A stretch of 64,000 bases of DNA from the human T2T-CHM13v2.0 reference genome, Homo sapiens. Below are positions 28,901-43,940 of this stretch, piece after piece. Under the pieces are notes generated by a model, which was not told the DNA's origin, did not search any database, and saw only the letters and a program-made list of their open reading frames with translations. A program made the position numbers and the translations under genes. The stretch lies in NCBI RefSeq assembly GCF_009914755.1, contig NC_060933.1. One strand, 5' to 3'. Numbering within the stretch: position 1 is the first letter of the stretch; the number at the start of each line of letters is the position of its first letter.

Positions 28901-31900
28901 TGCAATCGAGTTGATTCCATTCCATTCCATTCCATTCCATATCATTCCTTTCCATTCCATTACGGATTATTCCATTCCATTGCATTCCATTCCATTCCAT
29001 TCCCCTGTACTCGGGTTGATTCCATTCCATTCCATTCCAATCCATGCCATTCCACTCGTGTTGATTCCATTCTTTCCATTCCATTCAAGTTGAATCCATT
29101 CCATTGCATTCCATTCCATTCGATTCCATTTGATTGAACTCGGGTTGATTCCATTCCATTGCATTCCATTCCATTGCATTCCATTCCATTCCATTCCATT
29201 CCATTCCGTTCCATTCCATTACATTCGGATTGTTTCTATTCAACTCCCTTACTCTCCATTACATTCCATTCCATTCGGGTTGTTCCATTCCATTCCATTC
29301 CATTCCACTCCATTCCATTGCACTCGGGTTGATTCCATTCCATTCCATTCCATTCCATTCCATCCATTCCAATCCATTTCATTCCATTCCGGATGATACC
29401 ATTCCATTGCATTCCGTTCCATTACATTCCCCTACACTTGGGTTGATTCCATTCCATTCCATTCCATTCCATTCGTTTCCATTCCATTCCAATTCTTTCC
29501 ATTCCATTCTATTCCGTACCATTCCATTCCATTCCATACAATTCCATTCCATTCCATTCCATTCCATTCCGTTCCGTTCCGTTCCGTTCCGTTCCATTCC
29601 ATTCCATTCCATTCTATTCGGGTTAATTCCATTCCATTCCATTCCATTCCATTCCATTCTATTCCATTCCATTGCAATCGAGTTGAATCCATTGCATTCC
29701 ATTCCATTCCATTCCATTCCATTCCATTCCATTCCGGAAGATTCCATTCCATTGCATTCCATTCCATTCCATTCCCCTGCACTCGCGTTTATTCTTTTCA
29801 GTTCCAATCCATTCCATTCCATTCCATTCCGTTCCGTTCCATTCCATTCCATTCCATTCCATTACAATTCCTTCCATTCCATTCTATTCCGTACCATTCC
29901 ATTCCATTCCATACCATTCCATTCCATTCCATTCCATTCGATTCCATTCCATTCCCCTGCACTCGCGTTGATTCCATTCCATTCCATTCCATTCCATTTC
30001 ATTCCATTCCTTTCCGTTCCATTCCATTCCATTCCATTGCATTCCGTTCCGTTCCGTTCCATTCCATTCCATTCCATTCTATTCGGGTTAATTCCATTCC
30101 ATTCCATTCCATTGCAATCGAGTTGATTCCATTCCATTCCATTCCATTCCATTCCATTCATTTCCATTCCATTACGGATGATTCCATTCCATTGCATTCC
30201 ATTCCATTCCATTCCCCTGTACTCGGGTTAATTCCATTCCATTCCATTCCATTCCATTCCGTTCCGTTCCGTTCCATTCCATTCCATTCTATTCGAGTTA
30301 ATTTCATTCCATTCCATTCCATTCCATTCCAATCGAGTTGATTCCATTCCATTCCATTCCATTCCATTCCATTCCATTCCACTCCATTCCAGTCCTTTCC
30401 ATTCCATTCCACTCGGGTTGATTCCATAGTATTCCTTTCCATTCCATTCCATTCCATTTCAATCGAGTTCATTCCATTGCTTTGCATTCCATTCCATTCC
30501 ATTCCATTCCGGATGATTCCATTCCATTGCATTCCATTACATTCCATTCCCCTGCACTCGGGTTGATTCCATTCCATTCCACTCCATTCCGTTCCATTCC
30601 ATTCCATTCCATTGTATTCCGGTTAATTTCATTCCATTCCATTCCATTCCATTCCATTCCATTCCATTCCAATCCATTACAATCGAGTTGATTCCATTCC
30701 ATTCCATGCAATTCCATTCCAGTCCTTTGCATTCCATTCCACTCAGGTTGATTCCATTCTATTAGTTTCCATTCCTTTCCATTCCCTTCCATTCCACTCT
30801 GGTTGATTCCATTCCTTTCCATTCCACTCGAATACATTCCCTCCTATTCCACTCGGAACGATTCCATTCCATTCCATTCCATTCAATTCCATTCCGTTCT
30901 ATTCCATTCCATTCCATTCCATTTCGTTCCATTCCATTCTATTCCGTACCATTCCATTGCATTCCATTCCATTCCATTCCATTCCATTCCACTCGTGTTG
31001 ATTCCATTCCTTTCCATTCCATTCGGTATGAAGGCATTCCATTCCATTCAATTCCATTCCATTCCATTCCATTCCATTCCATTCCATTCCATTCCATTCC
31101 ATTCCATTGTACTCGGGTTGATTCCATTCCATTGCATTCCATTCCATTCCATTCCGTTGCATTCCATTCCATTACATTCGGATTGATTCTATTCAACTCC
31201 CTTAATCTCCATTACATTCCATTCCATTCGGGTTGTTCCATTCCATTCCATTCCATTCCACTCCATTCCATTGCCCTCGGGTTGATTCCATTCCATTCCA
31301 TTCCATTCCATTCCATTCCATTACAATTCCTTCCATTCCATTCTATTCCGTACCATTCCATTCCATTCCATACCATTCCATTCCATTCCATTCCATTCCA
31401 TTCCGTTCCATTCCGTTCCATTCCATTCCATTCCATTCCATTCTATTCGGGTTAATTCCATTCCGTTCCATTCCATTCCATTCTATTCCATTCCATTTCA
31501 ATCGAGATGAATCCATTGCATTTCATTCCATTCCATTCCATTCCATTCCATTGCATTCCATTCCATTCCATTCCATTCCTTTCCGTTCCATTCCATTCCA
31601 TTCCATTCCATTCCATTCCGTTCCGTTCCGTTCCGTTCCATTCCATTCCATCCCATTCTATTCGGGTTATTTCCATTCCATTCCATTCGATTGGAACCGA
31701 GTTGATTCCATTCCATTCCATTCCATTCCATTCCATTCCATTCCATTCCTTTCCATTCCATTACGGATGATTCCATTCCATTGCATTCCATTCCATTCCA
31801 TTCCCCTGTACTCGGGTTGATTCCATTCCATTCCATTCCAATCCATGCCATTCCACTCGTGTTGATTCCATTCTTTCCATTCCATTCAAGTTGAATCCAT

Positions 31901-34449
31901 TCCATTGCATTCCATTCCATTCGATTCCATTCGATTGCACTCGGGTTGATTCCATTCCATTGCATTCCATTCCATTCCATTCCATTCCATTCCATTCCGT
32001 TCCATTCCATTTCATTACATTCAGATTGATTCTATTCAATTCACTTACACTCCATTATATTCCAATCTATTCTGGTTGTTTCCTTTCCATTCCATTCCAT
32101 TTCACTCCATTCCATTGCACGCGGGTTGATTCCGTTCCATTCCATTCCATTGCATTCCATTCCATTCCATTCCGGATGATTCCATTCCGTTGCATTCCAT
32201 TCTATTCCATTCCCCTGCACTCGCGTTGATTCCATTCCATTCCATTCTTTACATTCCGTTCCATTCCATTCCATTCCATTTGGATTGATTCTATTCAATT
32301 CCCTTACACTCCATTACATTCCATTCCATTCGGGTAGTTTCCATTCCATTCCATTCCATTCCTCTCCATTCCATTGCACTCGGGTTGATTCCATTCCATT
32401 CTTTCCATTCCATTCCATTCCATTCCATTCCATTCCATTCCATTCCATTGTACTCGGGTTGATTCCCTTCCATTGCATTCCATTCCATTCCATTCCATTC
32501 CATTCCATTCCATTCCGTTCCATTCCATTACATTCGGATTGTTTCTATTCAACTCCCTTACTCTCCATTACATTCCATTCCATTCGCGTTGTTCCATTCC
32601 ATTCCCTTCCATTCCACTCCATTCCATTGCACTCGTGTTGATTCCATTCCATTCCATTCCATTCCATTCCATTCCATTCCAATCCATTGTACTCGGTTTG
32701 ATTCCATTCCATTGCATTCCATTCCATTCCATTCCATTCCTTTCCATTCCTTTCCATTACATTCGGATTGATTCTATTGAACTCCCTTACTCTCCATTAC
32801 ATTCCATTCCATTCGGGTAGTTCCATTCCATTCCATTCCATTCCATTCCACTCCATTCCATTGCACTCGTGTTGATTCCATTCCATTCCATTGCATTCCG
32901 TTCCGCATGATTCCATTCCATTGCATTCCATTCCATTCCATTCCCCTGCAGTTGGGTTGATTCCATTCCATTCCATTCAATTCCATTCCATTCCATTCCG
33001 TTCCGTTCCATTCCATTCCATTCCATTCCGTTCCATTCCATTCCTTTCCGTTCCATTCCATTCCATTCCATTCCATTCCGTTCCGTTCCGTTCCGTTCCA
33101 TTCCATTCCATTCCATTCTATTCGGGTTAATTCCATTCCATTCCATTCGATTGCAAACGAGTTGATTCCATTCCATTCCATTCCATTCCATTCCGTTCCA
33201 TTCCATTCCATTCCTTTCCATTCCATTACGGATGATTCCATTCCATTGCATTCCATTCCATTCCAATCCATTGTATTCGGGTTAATTCCATTCCATTCCA
33301 TTCCATTCCATTCCATTCCATTCCATTCCATTCCATTACAATCGAGTTGATTCCATTCTATTAGTTTCCATTCCATTCCATTCCCTTCCATTCCACTCTG
33401 GTTGATTCCATTCCTTTCCATTCCACTCGAATACATTCTCTCCTATTCCACTCGGAACGATTCCATTCCATTCCATTCCATTCCATTCCATTCCATTCCA
33501 TTCCATTCCATTCCATTCCGGTTGATTCCATTCCATTGCAATCCATTCCATTCCATTCCCCTGCACTCGCGTTGATTCCATTCCATTGCATTCCATTCCA
33601 TTCCGTTCCGTTCCGTTCCATTCCATTCCATTCCATTCCGTTCCGTTCCGTTCCGTTGCATTCCATTCCATTCTATTCGGGTTAATTCCAGTCCATTCCA
33701 TTCGATTGCAATCGAGTTGATTCCATTCCATTCCATTCCATTCCATTCCATTCCATTCCTTTCCATTACATTACGGATGATTCCATTCCATTGCATTCCA
33801 TTCCATTCCATTCCCCTGTACTCGGGTTGATTTCATTCCATTCCATTCCATTCCATGCCATTCCACTCCTGTTGATTCCATTCTTTCCATTCCATTCAAG
33901 TTGAATCCATTCCATTGCATTCCATTCCATTCGATTCCATTCGATTGCACTCGGGTTGATTCCATTCCATTGCATTCCATTCCGTTCCGTTCCATTCCAT
34001 TACTTTCGGATTGATTCTATTCAATTCCCTTACACTCCATTACATTCCATTCCATTCGGGTAGTTTCCATTCCATTCCATTCCATTCCTCTCCATTCCAT
34101 TGCACTCGGGTTGATTCCATTCCATTCCATTCCATTCCATTCCTTTCCATTCCGGATGATTCCATTCCATTGAATTCCATTCCATTCCATTCCCCTGCAC
34201 TTGGGTTTATTCCATTCCATTCCATTCCATTCCTTTCCGTTCCATTCCATTCCATTCAATTCCATTCCATTCTATTCGTGTTAATTCCATTCCATTCTAT
34301 TCCATTCCATTCCATTGAAATCGAGTTGATTCCATTCCATTCCATTCCATTCCATTCAATTCCATTCCATTCCGGATGATTCCATTCCATTGCATTCCAT
34401 TCCATTCCATTCCCCTGCACTCGGGTTGAATCCATTCCATTCCATTCCA

Positions 34450-37400
34450 TTCCATTCCATTCCGTTCCATTCCGTTCCATTCCATTCTATTCGGGTTAAT
34501 TCCATTCCATTCCATTCCACTCCATTCCAGTCTTTTCCATTCCATTCCACTCGGGTTGATTCCTTTCTATTCCTTTCCATTCCATTCCATTCCATTGCAA
34601 TCGGGTTGATTCTATTCGAGTTGAATCCATTCCATTCCATTCCATTCCATTACATTGCACACAGGTTCATTCCATTCCATTCCATTAAATTCCATTCCAC
34701 TCCATTTCATTCCATTCCATTCCATTCCATTCTATTCCGTACCATTCCATTCCATCCCATTCTATTCCATTCCATTCCATTCCATGCCATTACACTCGGG
34801 TTGATTCCATTCCTTTCCATTCCATTCTTGTTGAATCCATTCCATTCCATTCCATTCCATTACATTCGGATTGATTCTATTCAATTCCCTTACACTCCAT
34901 TACATTCCATTCCATTCGGGATGTTTCCATTCCATTCCATTCCATTCCATTCCACTCCATTCCATTGCATTGGGTTGATTGCATTCCATTCCATTCCATT
35001 CCATTCCGGATGATTCCATTCCATTGCATTCCATTCCATTCCATTCCCCTGCACTCGGGTTGATTACATTCCATTCCATTCCCTTCCATTCGTTTCCATT
35101 CCATTCCACTCCATTGCAATCGAGTTGATTCCATTCCATTCCATTCCATTCCATTCCATTCCATTCCATTCCATTCCGGATGATTGCATTCCATTGCATT
35201 GCATTCCATTCCATTCCCCTGCACTCGGGTTGATTCCATTCCATTTCATTCCATTACATTCCGTTCCATTCCATTCCATTCCATTCTATTCGGGTTAATT
35301 CCATTCCATTCCATTAATATTCCATTCCATTCCATTCCATTGCAATCGAGTTGATTCCATTCCATTCCATTCCATTCCATTCCATTCCAATCGATTTGAT
35401 TCCATTCCATTCCATTCCATTCCACTCCATTCCAGTCCTTTCCATTCCATTCCACTCGGGTTGATTCCAGTCTATTCCTTTCCATTCCATTCCATTCCAT
35501 TGCAATCGAGTTGATTCCTTTCGAGTTGAATCCATTCCATTCCATTCCATTCCATTCCATTGCACACGGGTTCATTCCATTCCATTCCATTCCATTCCAT
35601 TCCATTCCATTTCATTCCATTCCATTCTATTCCGTACCATTCCATTCCATCCCGTTCCATTCCATTCCATTCCATGCCATTACACTCGGGTTGATTCCAT
35701 TCCTTTCCATTCCATTCTTGTTGAATCCATTCCATTCCATTCCATTATATTCGAATCCATTCCATTCCATTCGAATCCATTCCATTGCACTCGGTTTGAT
35801 ACATTCCATTCCATTCCATTCCATTTCATTCCATTCCCTTCCATTTCATTCGGACTGATTCTATTCAATTGACTTACACTCCATTACATTCCATTCCATT
35901 CGGGATGTTTCCATTCCATTCCATTCCATTCCATTCCATTCCATTCCAGTCCATTGCATCGGGATCATTCCATTCCATTCCATTCCATTCCATTCCGTAT
36001 GATTCCATTCCATTGCATTCAATTCCATTCCATTCCCCTGCACTCGGGTTGATTACATTCCATTCCATTCCCTTCCGTTCCTTACCATTCCATTCCATTC
36101 CATTCTATTCGGGTTAATTCCATTCCATTCAACTCCATTCCATTCCATTCCATTCCATTCCATTCCATTCCATTCCATTGCAATCGAGTTGATTCCATTC
36201 CATTCCATTCCATTCCGTTCCGGATGATTCCATTCCATTGCATTCCATTCCATTCCATTCCCGTGCAGTCGGGTTGATTCCATTCCATTCCATTCCATTC
36301 CACTCCATTCCGTTCCATTCCATTCCATTCCATTCCATTCCATTCCATTCCATTCTATTCTGGTTAATTCCATTCCATTCCATTCCATTCCATTCCAATC
36401 GTGTTGATTCCATTCCATTCCATTCCATTCCATTCCATTCCACTCCATTCCAGTCCTTTGCATTCCATTCCACTCTGGTTGATTCCATTCTATTCCTTTC
36501 CATTCCAATCCATTCCATTGCAATCGAGTTGATTCCATTCGAGTTGAATCCATTCCATTCCATTTCATTCTATTACATTGCACACGGGTTCATTCCATTC
36601 CATTCCATTAAATTCCATTCCATTCCATTTCATTCCATTCCATTCTATTCCGTACCATTCCATTCCATCCCATTCCATTCCATTCCATTCCATTCCATCC
36701 CATTGCATTCCATTCCATTCCATTCCATGCCATTACACTCGGGTTGATTCCATTCCTTTGCATTCCATTCTTGTTGAATCCATTCCATTCCATTCCATTC
36801 CATTCGAATCCATTCCATTGCACTCGGGTTGATTCCATTCCATTCCATTCCATTCCATTTCATTCCATTTCATTCCATTACATTCGGATAGATTCTATTC
36901 AATTCCCTTACACTCCATTACATTCCATTCCATTCGGGATGTTTCCATTCCATTCCATTCCATTCCATTCGGGATGTTTCCATTCCATTCCATTCCATTC
37001 CATTCCACTCTATTCCATTGCATCGGGTTGATTGCATTCCATTCCAATCCATTCCATTCCGGATGATTCCATTCCATTGCATTCCATTCCATTCCATTCC
37101 CCTGCACTCGGGTTGATTACATTCCATTCCATTCCCTTCCATTCCTTTCCATTCCATTCCACTCCATTGCAATCGAGTTGATTCCATTCCATTCCATTCC
37201 ATTCCATTCCATTCCATTCCATTCCATTCCGGATGATTGCATTCCATTGCATTCCATTCCATTCCATTCCCCTGCACTCGTATTGATTCCATTCCATTTC
37301 ATTCCATTACATTCCGTTCCATTCCATTCCATTCCATTCTATTCAGGTTAATTCCATTCCATTCCATTCCATTCCATTCCATTCCATTCCATTCCAATCG

Positions 37401-39200
37401 AGTTGATTCCATTCCATTCCATTCCATTCCATTCCTTTCCATTCCATTCCAATCGATTTGATTCCATTCCATTTCATTCCATTCCACTCCATTCCAGTCC
37501 TTTCCTTTCCATTCCACTTGGGTTGATTCCATTCTATTCCTTTCCATTCCATTCCATTCCATTGCAATCGAGTTGATTCCATTCGAGTTGAATACATTCC
37601 ATTCCATTCCATTCCATTCCATTCCATTGCACACGGGTTCATTCCATTCCATTCCATTAAATTCCATTCCATTCCATTTCATTCCATTCCATTCTATTCC
37701 GTACCATTCCATTCCATCCCATTCCATTCCATTCCATTCCATTCCATGCCATTACACTCGGGTTGATTCCATTCCTTTCCATTCCATTCTTGTTGAATCC
37801 ATTCTATTCCATTCCATTCCATTCGAATCCATTCCATTGCACTCGGGTTGATTCCATTCCATTCCATTCCATTCCATTTCATTCCATTCCATTCCATTAC
37901 ATTCGGATTTATTCTATTCAATTCCCTTACACTCCATTACATTACATTCCATTCGGGATGTTTCCATTCCATTCCATTCCATTCCACTCCATTCCATTGC
38001 ATCGGGTTGATTGCATTCCATTCCATTCCATTCCATTCCATTCCGGATGATTCCATTCCATTGCATTCCATTCCATTCCATTCCCCTGCACTCGGGTTGA
38101 TTACATTCCATTCCATTCCCTTCCATTCCTTTCCATTCCATTCCACTCCATTGCAATCGAGTTGATTCCATTCCATTCCATTCCACTCCATTCCATTCCA
38201 TTCCATTCCATTCCGGATGATTGCATTCCATGACATTCCATTCCATTCCATTCCCCTGCACTCGGGTTGATTCCATTCCATTTCATTCCATTACATTCCG
38301 TTCCATTCCATTCCATTCCATTCTATTCGGGTAAATTCTATTCCATTCCATTCCATTCCGTTCCATTCCATTGCAATCTAGTTGATTCGACTCCATTCCA
38401 TTCCATTCCATTGCATTCCAATCGATTTGATTCCATTCCATTCCATTCCATTCCAGTCCATTCCAGTCCTTTCCATTCCATTCCAGTGGGGTTGATTCCA
38501 TTCTATTCCTTTCCATTCAATTCCATTCCATTGCAATCGAGTTGATTCCATTCCATTCCATTCCATTCCATTCCATTCCAATCGATTTGATTCCATTCCA
38601 TTCCATTCCGTTCCACTCCATTCCAGTCCTTTCCATTCCATTCCACTCGTGTTGATTCCATTCTATTCCTTTCCACTCCATTCCATTCCATTGCAATCGA
38701 GTTGATTCCTTTCGAGTTGAAACCATTCCATTCCATTCCATTCCATTACATTGCACACGGGTTCATTCCATTCCATTCCATTCCATTCCATTCAATTCCA
38801 TTCCATTTCATTCCATTCCATTCTATTCCGTACCATTCCATTCCATCCCATTCCATTCCATTCCATTCCACGCCATTACAGTCGGGTTGATTCCATTCCT
38901 TTCCATTCCATTCTTGTTGAATCCATTCCATTCCATTCCATTCCGTTCGAATCCATTCCATTGCATTCGGTTTGATTCCATTCCATCGCATTTCATTCCA
39001 TTCCATTTCATTCCATTCCCTTCCATTACATTGAGACTGATTCTATTCAATTCCCTTACACTCCAATATATTCCATTCCATTCGGGATGTTTCCATTCCA
39101 TTCCATTCCATTCCATTCCATTGCATCGTGTTGATTCCATTCCACTCCATTCCATTCCATTCCATTCTATTCCATTCCGGATGATTCCATTCCATTGCAT
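34450..39200 (+). repeat. Five diverged ~0.9-1.1 kb tandem units forming a distinct HSat3 sub-domain
   Basis: GCACAC(G/A)GGTTCATT at 34657, 35562, 36580, 37629, 38753; CTTGTTGAATCC at 34827, 35717, 36770, 37789, 38913; CGGGATGTTTCC follows in each unit. I did not see these words elsewhere in the window. Confidence 0.88.
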
Positions 39201-41429
39201 TCCATTCCATTCCATTCCATTCTATTCCATTCCGGATGATTCCATTCCATTGCATTCCATTCCATTCCATTCCCGTGCAGTCGGGTTGATTCCATTCCAT
39301 TCCATTCCATTCCATTCCATTCCATTCCATTCCATTCCGTTCCATTCCATTCCATTCCATTCCATTCTATTAGGGTCAACTCCATTCCATTCCATTCCAT
39401 TCAAATTCCATTCCACTCCATTCCAATCGAGTTGATTCCATTCCATTCCTTTCCATTCCATTCCACTCCATTCCAGTCCTTTCCATTCCATTCCACTTGG
39501 GTTGATTCCATTTTATTCATTTCCATTCCATTCCATTCCATTGCAATCGAGTTGATTCCATTGTTTTGCATTCCATTCCATTCCATTGCATTCCGGATGA
39601 TTCCATTCCATTGCATTCCATTCCATTCCATTCCCGTGCACTCGGGTTGATTCCATTCCATTCCACTCCATTCCGTTCCATTCCATTCCATTCCATTGTA
39701 TTCGGGTTAATTCCATTCCATTCCATTCCATTCCATTCCATTCCATTCCATTCCATTACAATCGAGTTGATTCCATTCCATTCCATTCCATACCATTCCT
39801 TTCCATTCCATTCCATTCCATTCCATTCCATTCCATTCCGTTCCATTCCATTCCATTTCATTCCATTCCGGATGATTCCATTCCATTGAATTCCATTCCA
39901 TTCCATTCCCCTGCACTTGGGTTGATTCCATTCCATTCCATTCCATTCCTTTCCGTTCCATTCCATTCCATTCCATTCCATTCTATTCGTGTTAATTCCA
40001 TTCCATTCTATTACATTCCATTCCATTGAAATCGAGTTGATTCCATTCCATTCCATTCCATTCCATTCCATGGCATTCCGGATGATTCCTTTCCATTGCA
40101 TTCAATTCCATTCCATTCCCCTGCACTCGGGTTGATTACATTCCATTCCATTCCCTTCCATTCCTTTCCATTCCATTCCATTCCATTCTATTCGTGTTAA
40201 TTCCATTCCATTCCACTCCATTCCATTCCATTCCATTCCATTCCATTCCATTCCATTCCATTGCAATCGAGTTGATTCCATTCCATTCCATTCCATTCCG
40301 TTCCGGATGATTCCATTCCATTGCATTGCATTCCATTCCATTCCCGTGCAGTCGGGTTGATTCCATTCCATTCCATTCCATTCCATTCCATTCCATTCCG
40401 TTCCATTCCTTTCCATTCCATTCCATTCTATTCGGGTAAATTCCATTCCATTCCATTCCATTCCATTCCATTCCATTCAAATTCCATTGTACTCCATTCC
40501 AATCGAGTTGATTCCATTCCATTCCGTTCCATTCCATTCCACTCCATTCCAGTCCTTTCCATTCCATTCCGCTCGGGTTGATTCCATTCTATTCATATAC
40601 ATTCCATTCCATTCCATTGCAATCGAGTTGATTGAATTGTTTTGCATTCCATTCCGTTCCATTCCATTCCGGATGATTCCATTCCATTGCATTCCATTCC
40701 ATTCCATTCCTGTGCACTCGGGTTGATTCCATTCCATTCCACTCCATTCCATTCCATTCCATTCCATTCCATTGTATTCAGGTTAATTCCATTCCATTCC
40801 ATTCCATTGCACTCCATTCCATTCCATTCCATTCCATTACAATCGAGATGATTCCATTCCATTCCATTCCATACCATTCCATTCCATTCCATTCCATTCC
40901 ATTCCGTTCCATTCCGTTCAATTCCGTTCCATTCCATTCTATTCGGGTTAATTCCATTCCATTCCATTCCATTCCATTCTATTCGTGTTAATTCCATTCC
41001 AGTCTATTCCATTCCATTCCATTCCATTCCATTGAAATCGAGTTGATTCCATTCCATTCCATTCCATTCCATTCCGGATGATTCCATTCCATTGCATTCC
41101 ATTCCATTCCATTCCCCTGCACTCGCGTTGATTCCATTCCATTCCATTCCATTTCATTCCATTCCATTCCGTTCCGTTCCATTCCATTCCATTCCATTCC
41201 ATTCCATTGCAATCGAGTTGATTCCATTCCATTCCTTTCCATTCCATTCCATTGCCTTGCATTCCACTCGGGTTGATTCCATTCCCTTCTTTCCACTCCG
41301 TTACATTCCCTTCCATTCCACTCGGAATGATTGATGCCATTCCATTCCATTGCATTTCATTCCATTGCAATCCATTCCAATCCATTCCGTTCCATTCCAT
41401 TCCACTCGAGTTGATTTCATTCCATTCCC

Positions 41430-43940
41430 TTCCATTCCATTCCATTCCGTTCCATTCCATTGCATTCCATTCTATTCCGGTTAATTCCATTCCATTCCAT
41501 TCGATTGCAATCGAGTTGATTCCATTCCATTCCATTCCATTCCATTCCATTCCTTTCCTTTCCATTCCATTACGGATGATTCCATTCCATTGCATTCCAT
41601 TCCATTCCATTCCCCTGTACTCGGGTTGATTCCATTCCATTCCATTCCAATCCATGCCATTCCACTCGTGTTGATTCCATTCTTTCCATTCCATTCAAGT
41701 TGAATCCATTCCATTGCATTCCATTCCATTCGATTCCATTCCATTGCACTCGGGTTGATTCCATTCCATTGCATTCCATTCCATTCCATTCCATTACATT
41801 CGGATTGATTCTATTCAATTCCCTTACACTCCACTTCATTCCATTCCATTCGGGTAGTTTCCATTCCATTGCATTCCATTCCTCTCCATTCCATTGAACT
41901 CGGGTTGATTCCATTCCATTGCATTCCATTCCATTCCATTCAATTCCATTCCGTTCCATTCCATTCCATTACATTCGGATTGATTCAATTCAACTCCCTT
42001 ACTCTCCATTACATTCCATTCCATTCGGGTTGTTCCATTCCATTCCATTCCATTCCACTCCATTCCATTGCACTCGGGTTTATTCCATTCCATTCCATTC
42101 CATTCCATTCCATTCCATTCCGGAAGATTCCATTCCATTGCATTCCATTCCATTACATTCCCCTGCACTCGCGTTGATTCCATTCCATTCCATTCCATTC
42201 CATTCCACTCCATTCCATTGCACTCGGGTTTATTCCATTCCATTCCATTCCATTCCATTCCATTCCATTCCATTCCATTCCATTCCGGAAGATTCCATTC
42301 CATTGCATTCCATTCCATTCCATTCCCCTGCATTCGCGTTGATTACATTCCATTCCATTCCATTCCATTCTATTCCATTCCTTTCCGTTCCATTCCATTC
42401 CATTCCATTCCATTCCAATCCATTCCATTCCGTTCCGTTCCGTTCCATTCCATTCCATTCCATTCTATTCGGTTTAATTCCATTCCATTCCATTCGATTG
42501 CCAACGAGTTGATTCCATTCCATTCCATTCCATTCCATTCCTTTCCATTCCATTACGGATGATTCCATTCCATTGCATTCCATTCCATTCCATTCCCCTG
42601 TACTCGGGTTGATTCCATTCCATTCCATTCCAATCCATGCCATTCCACTCGTGTTGATTCCATTCTTTCCATTCCATTCAAGTTGAATCCATTCCATTGC
42701 ATTCCATTCCATTCCATTCCATTCCCCTGCAGTCGGGTTGTTTCCATTCCATTCCATTCCATTCCATTCCATTCCATTCCGTTCCGTTCCATTCCATTCC
42801 ATTGCATTCTATTCGGGTTAATTCCATTCAATTCCATTCCATTCCATTCCAATCGAGTTGATTCCATTCCATTCCATTCCATTCCATTCCACTCCATTCC
42901 AGTCCTTTCCATTCCATTCCACTCGGGTTGATTCCAATGTATTCCTTTCCATTCCATTCCATTCCATTGCAATCGAGTTGATTCCATTGCTTTGCATTCC
43001 ATTCCATTCCATTCCATTCCGGATGATTCCATTCCATTGCATTCCATTCCATTCCATTCCCCTGCACTCGGGTTGATTCCATTCCATTCCTCTCCATTCC
43101 GTTCCATTCCATTCCATTGCATTGTATTCAGGTTAATTCCATTCCATTCCATTCCATTCCATTACAATTGAGTTGATTCCATTCCATTCCATTCCATTCC
43201 AGTCCTTTCCATTCCATTCCACTCGGGTTGATTCCATTCTATTAGTTTCCATTCCATTCCATTCCGTTCCATTCCACTCTGGTTGATTCCATTCCTTTCC
43301 ATTCCACTCGAATACATTCCCTCCTATTCCACTCGGAACGATTCCATTCCATTCCATTCCATTCCATTCCATTCCATTCCATTCCATTCCATTCCATTTC
43401 GTTCCATTCCATTCTTTTACGTATCATTCCATTCCATTCCATTACATTTCATTCCATTCCATTCCATTCCATTACCTTCCATTGTACTCGGGTTGATTCC
43501 ATTCCATTGCATTCCATTCCATTCAATTCCATTCCATTCCGTTGCATTCCATTCCATTACATTCGGATTGATTCTATTCAACTCCCTTACTGTCCATTAC
43601 ATTCCATTCCATTCGGGTTGTTCCATTCCATTCCATTCCATTCCACTCCATTCCATTGCACTCGGGTTGATTCCATTCCATTCCATTCCATTCCATTCCA
43701 TTCCATTCCATTCCATTCCGGATGATTCCATTCCATTGCATTCCGTTCCATTACATTCCCCTGCACTCGCGTTGATTCCATTCCATTCCATTCCATTCTA
43801 TTCAATTCCATTCCATTACAATTCGTTCCATTCCATTCTATTCCGTACCATTCCATTCCATTCCATACCATTCCATTCCATTCCATTCCATTCCATTCCA
43901 TTCCATTCCATTCCATTCCATTCCATTCTATTCGGGTTAA
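41430..43940 (+). repeat. ~2.5-kb block duplicated at about 50560-53100 (offset ~9125-9170)
   Basis: CCAACGAGTT at 42501/51661; CTATTCCGGTTAATT near 41472/50597; identical ORFs 42553..43152/51718..52317 and 43597..43791/52752..52946. Confidence 0.9.

Noticed and set aside
39370-39375. TTAGGG telomere-like hexamer
   Set aside because: Single copy, a one-base variant of the TTCGGG linker.
34150-40135. LTR element or transposon suggested by flanking direct repeats
   Set aside because: Repeats and interior are all satellite; no TG...CA ends, target-site duplication, primer-binding site or coding sequence.
40629-40639. TGATTGAATTG, a near match to the DUX4 motif TGATTRRRTTA
   Set aside because: One imperfect occurrence in 64 kb; expected by chance from the GTTGATT linker.
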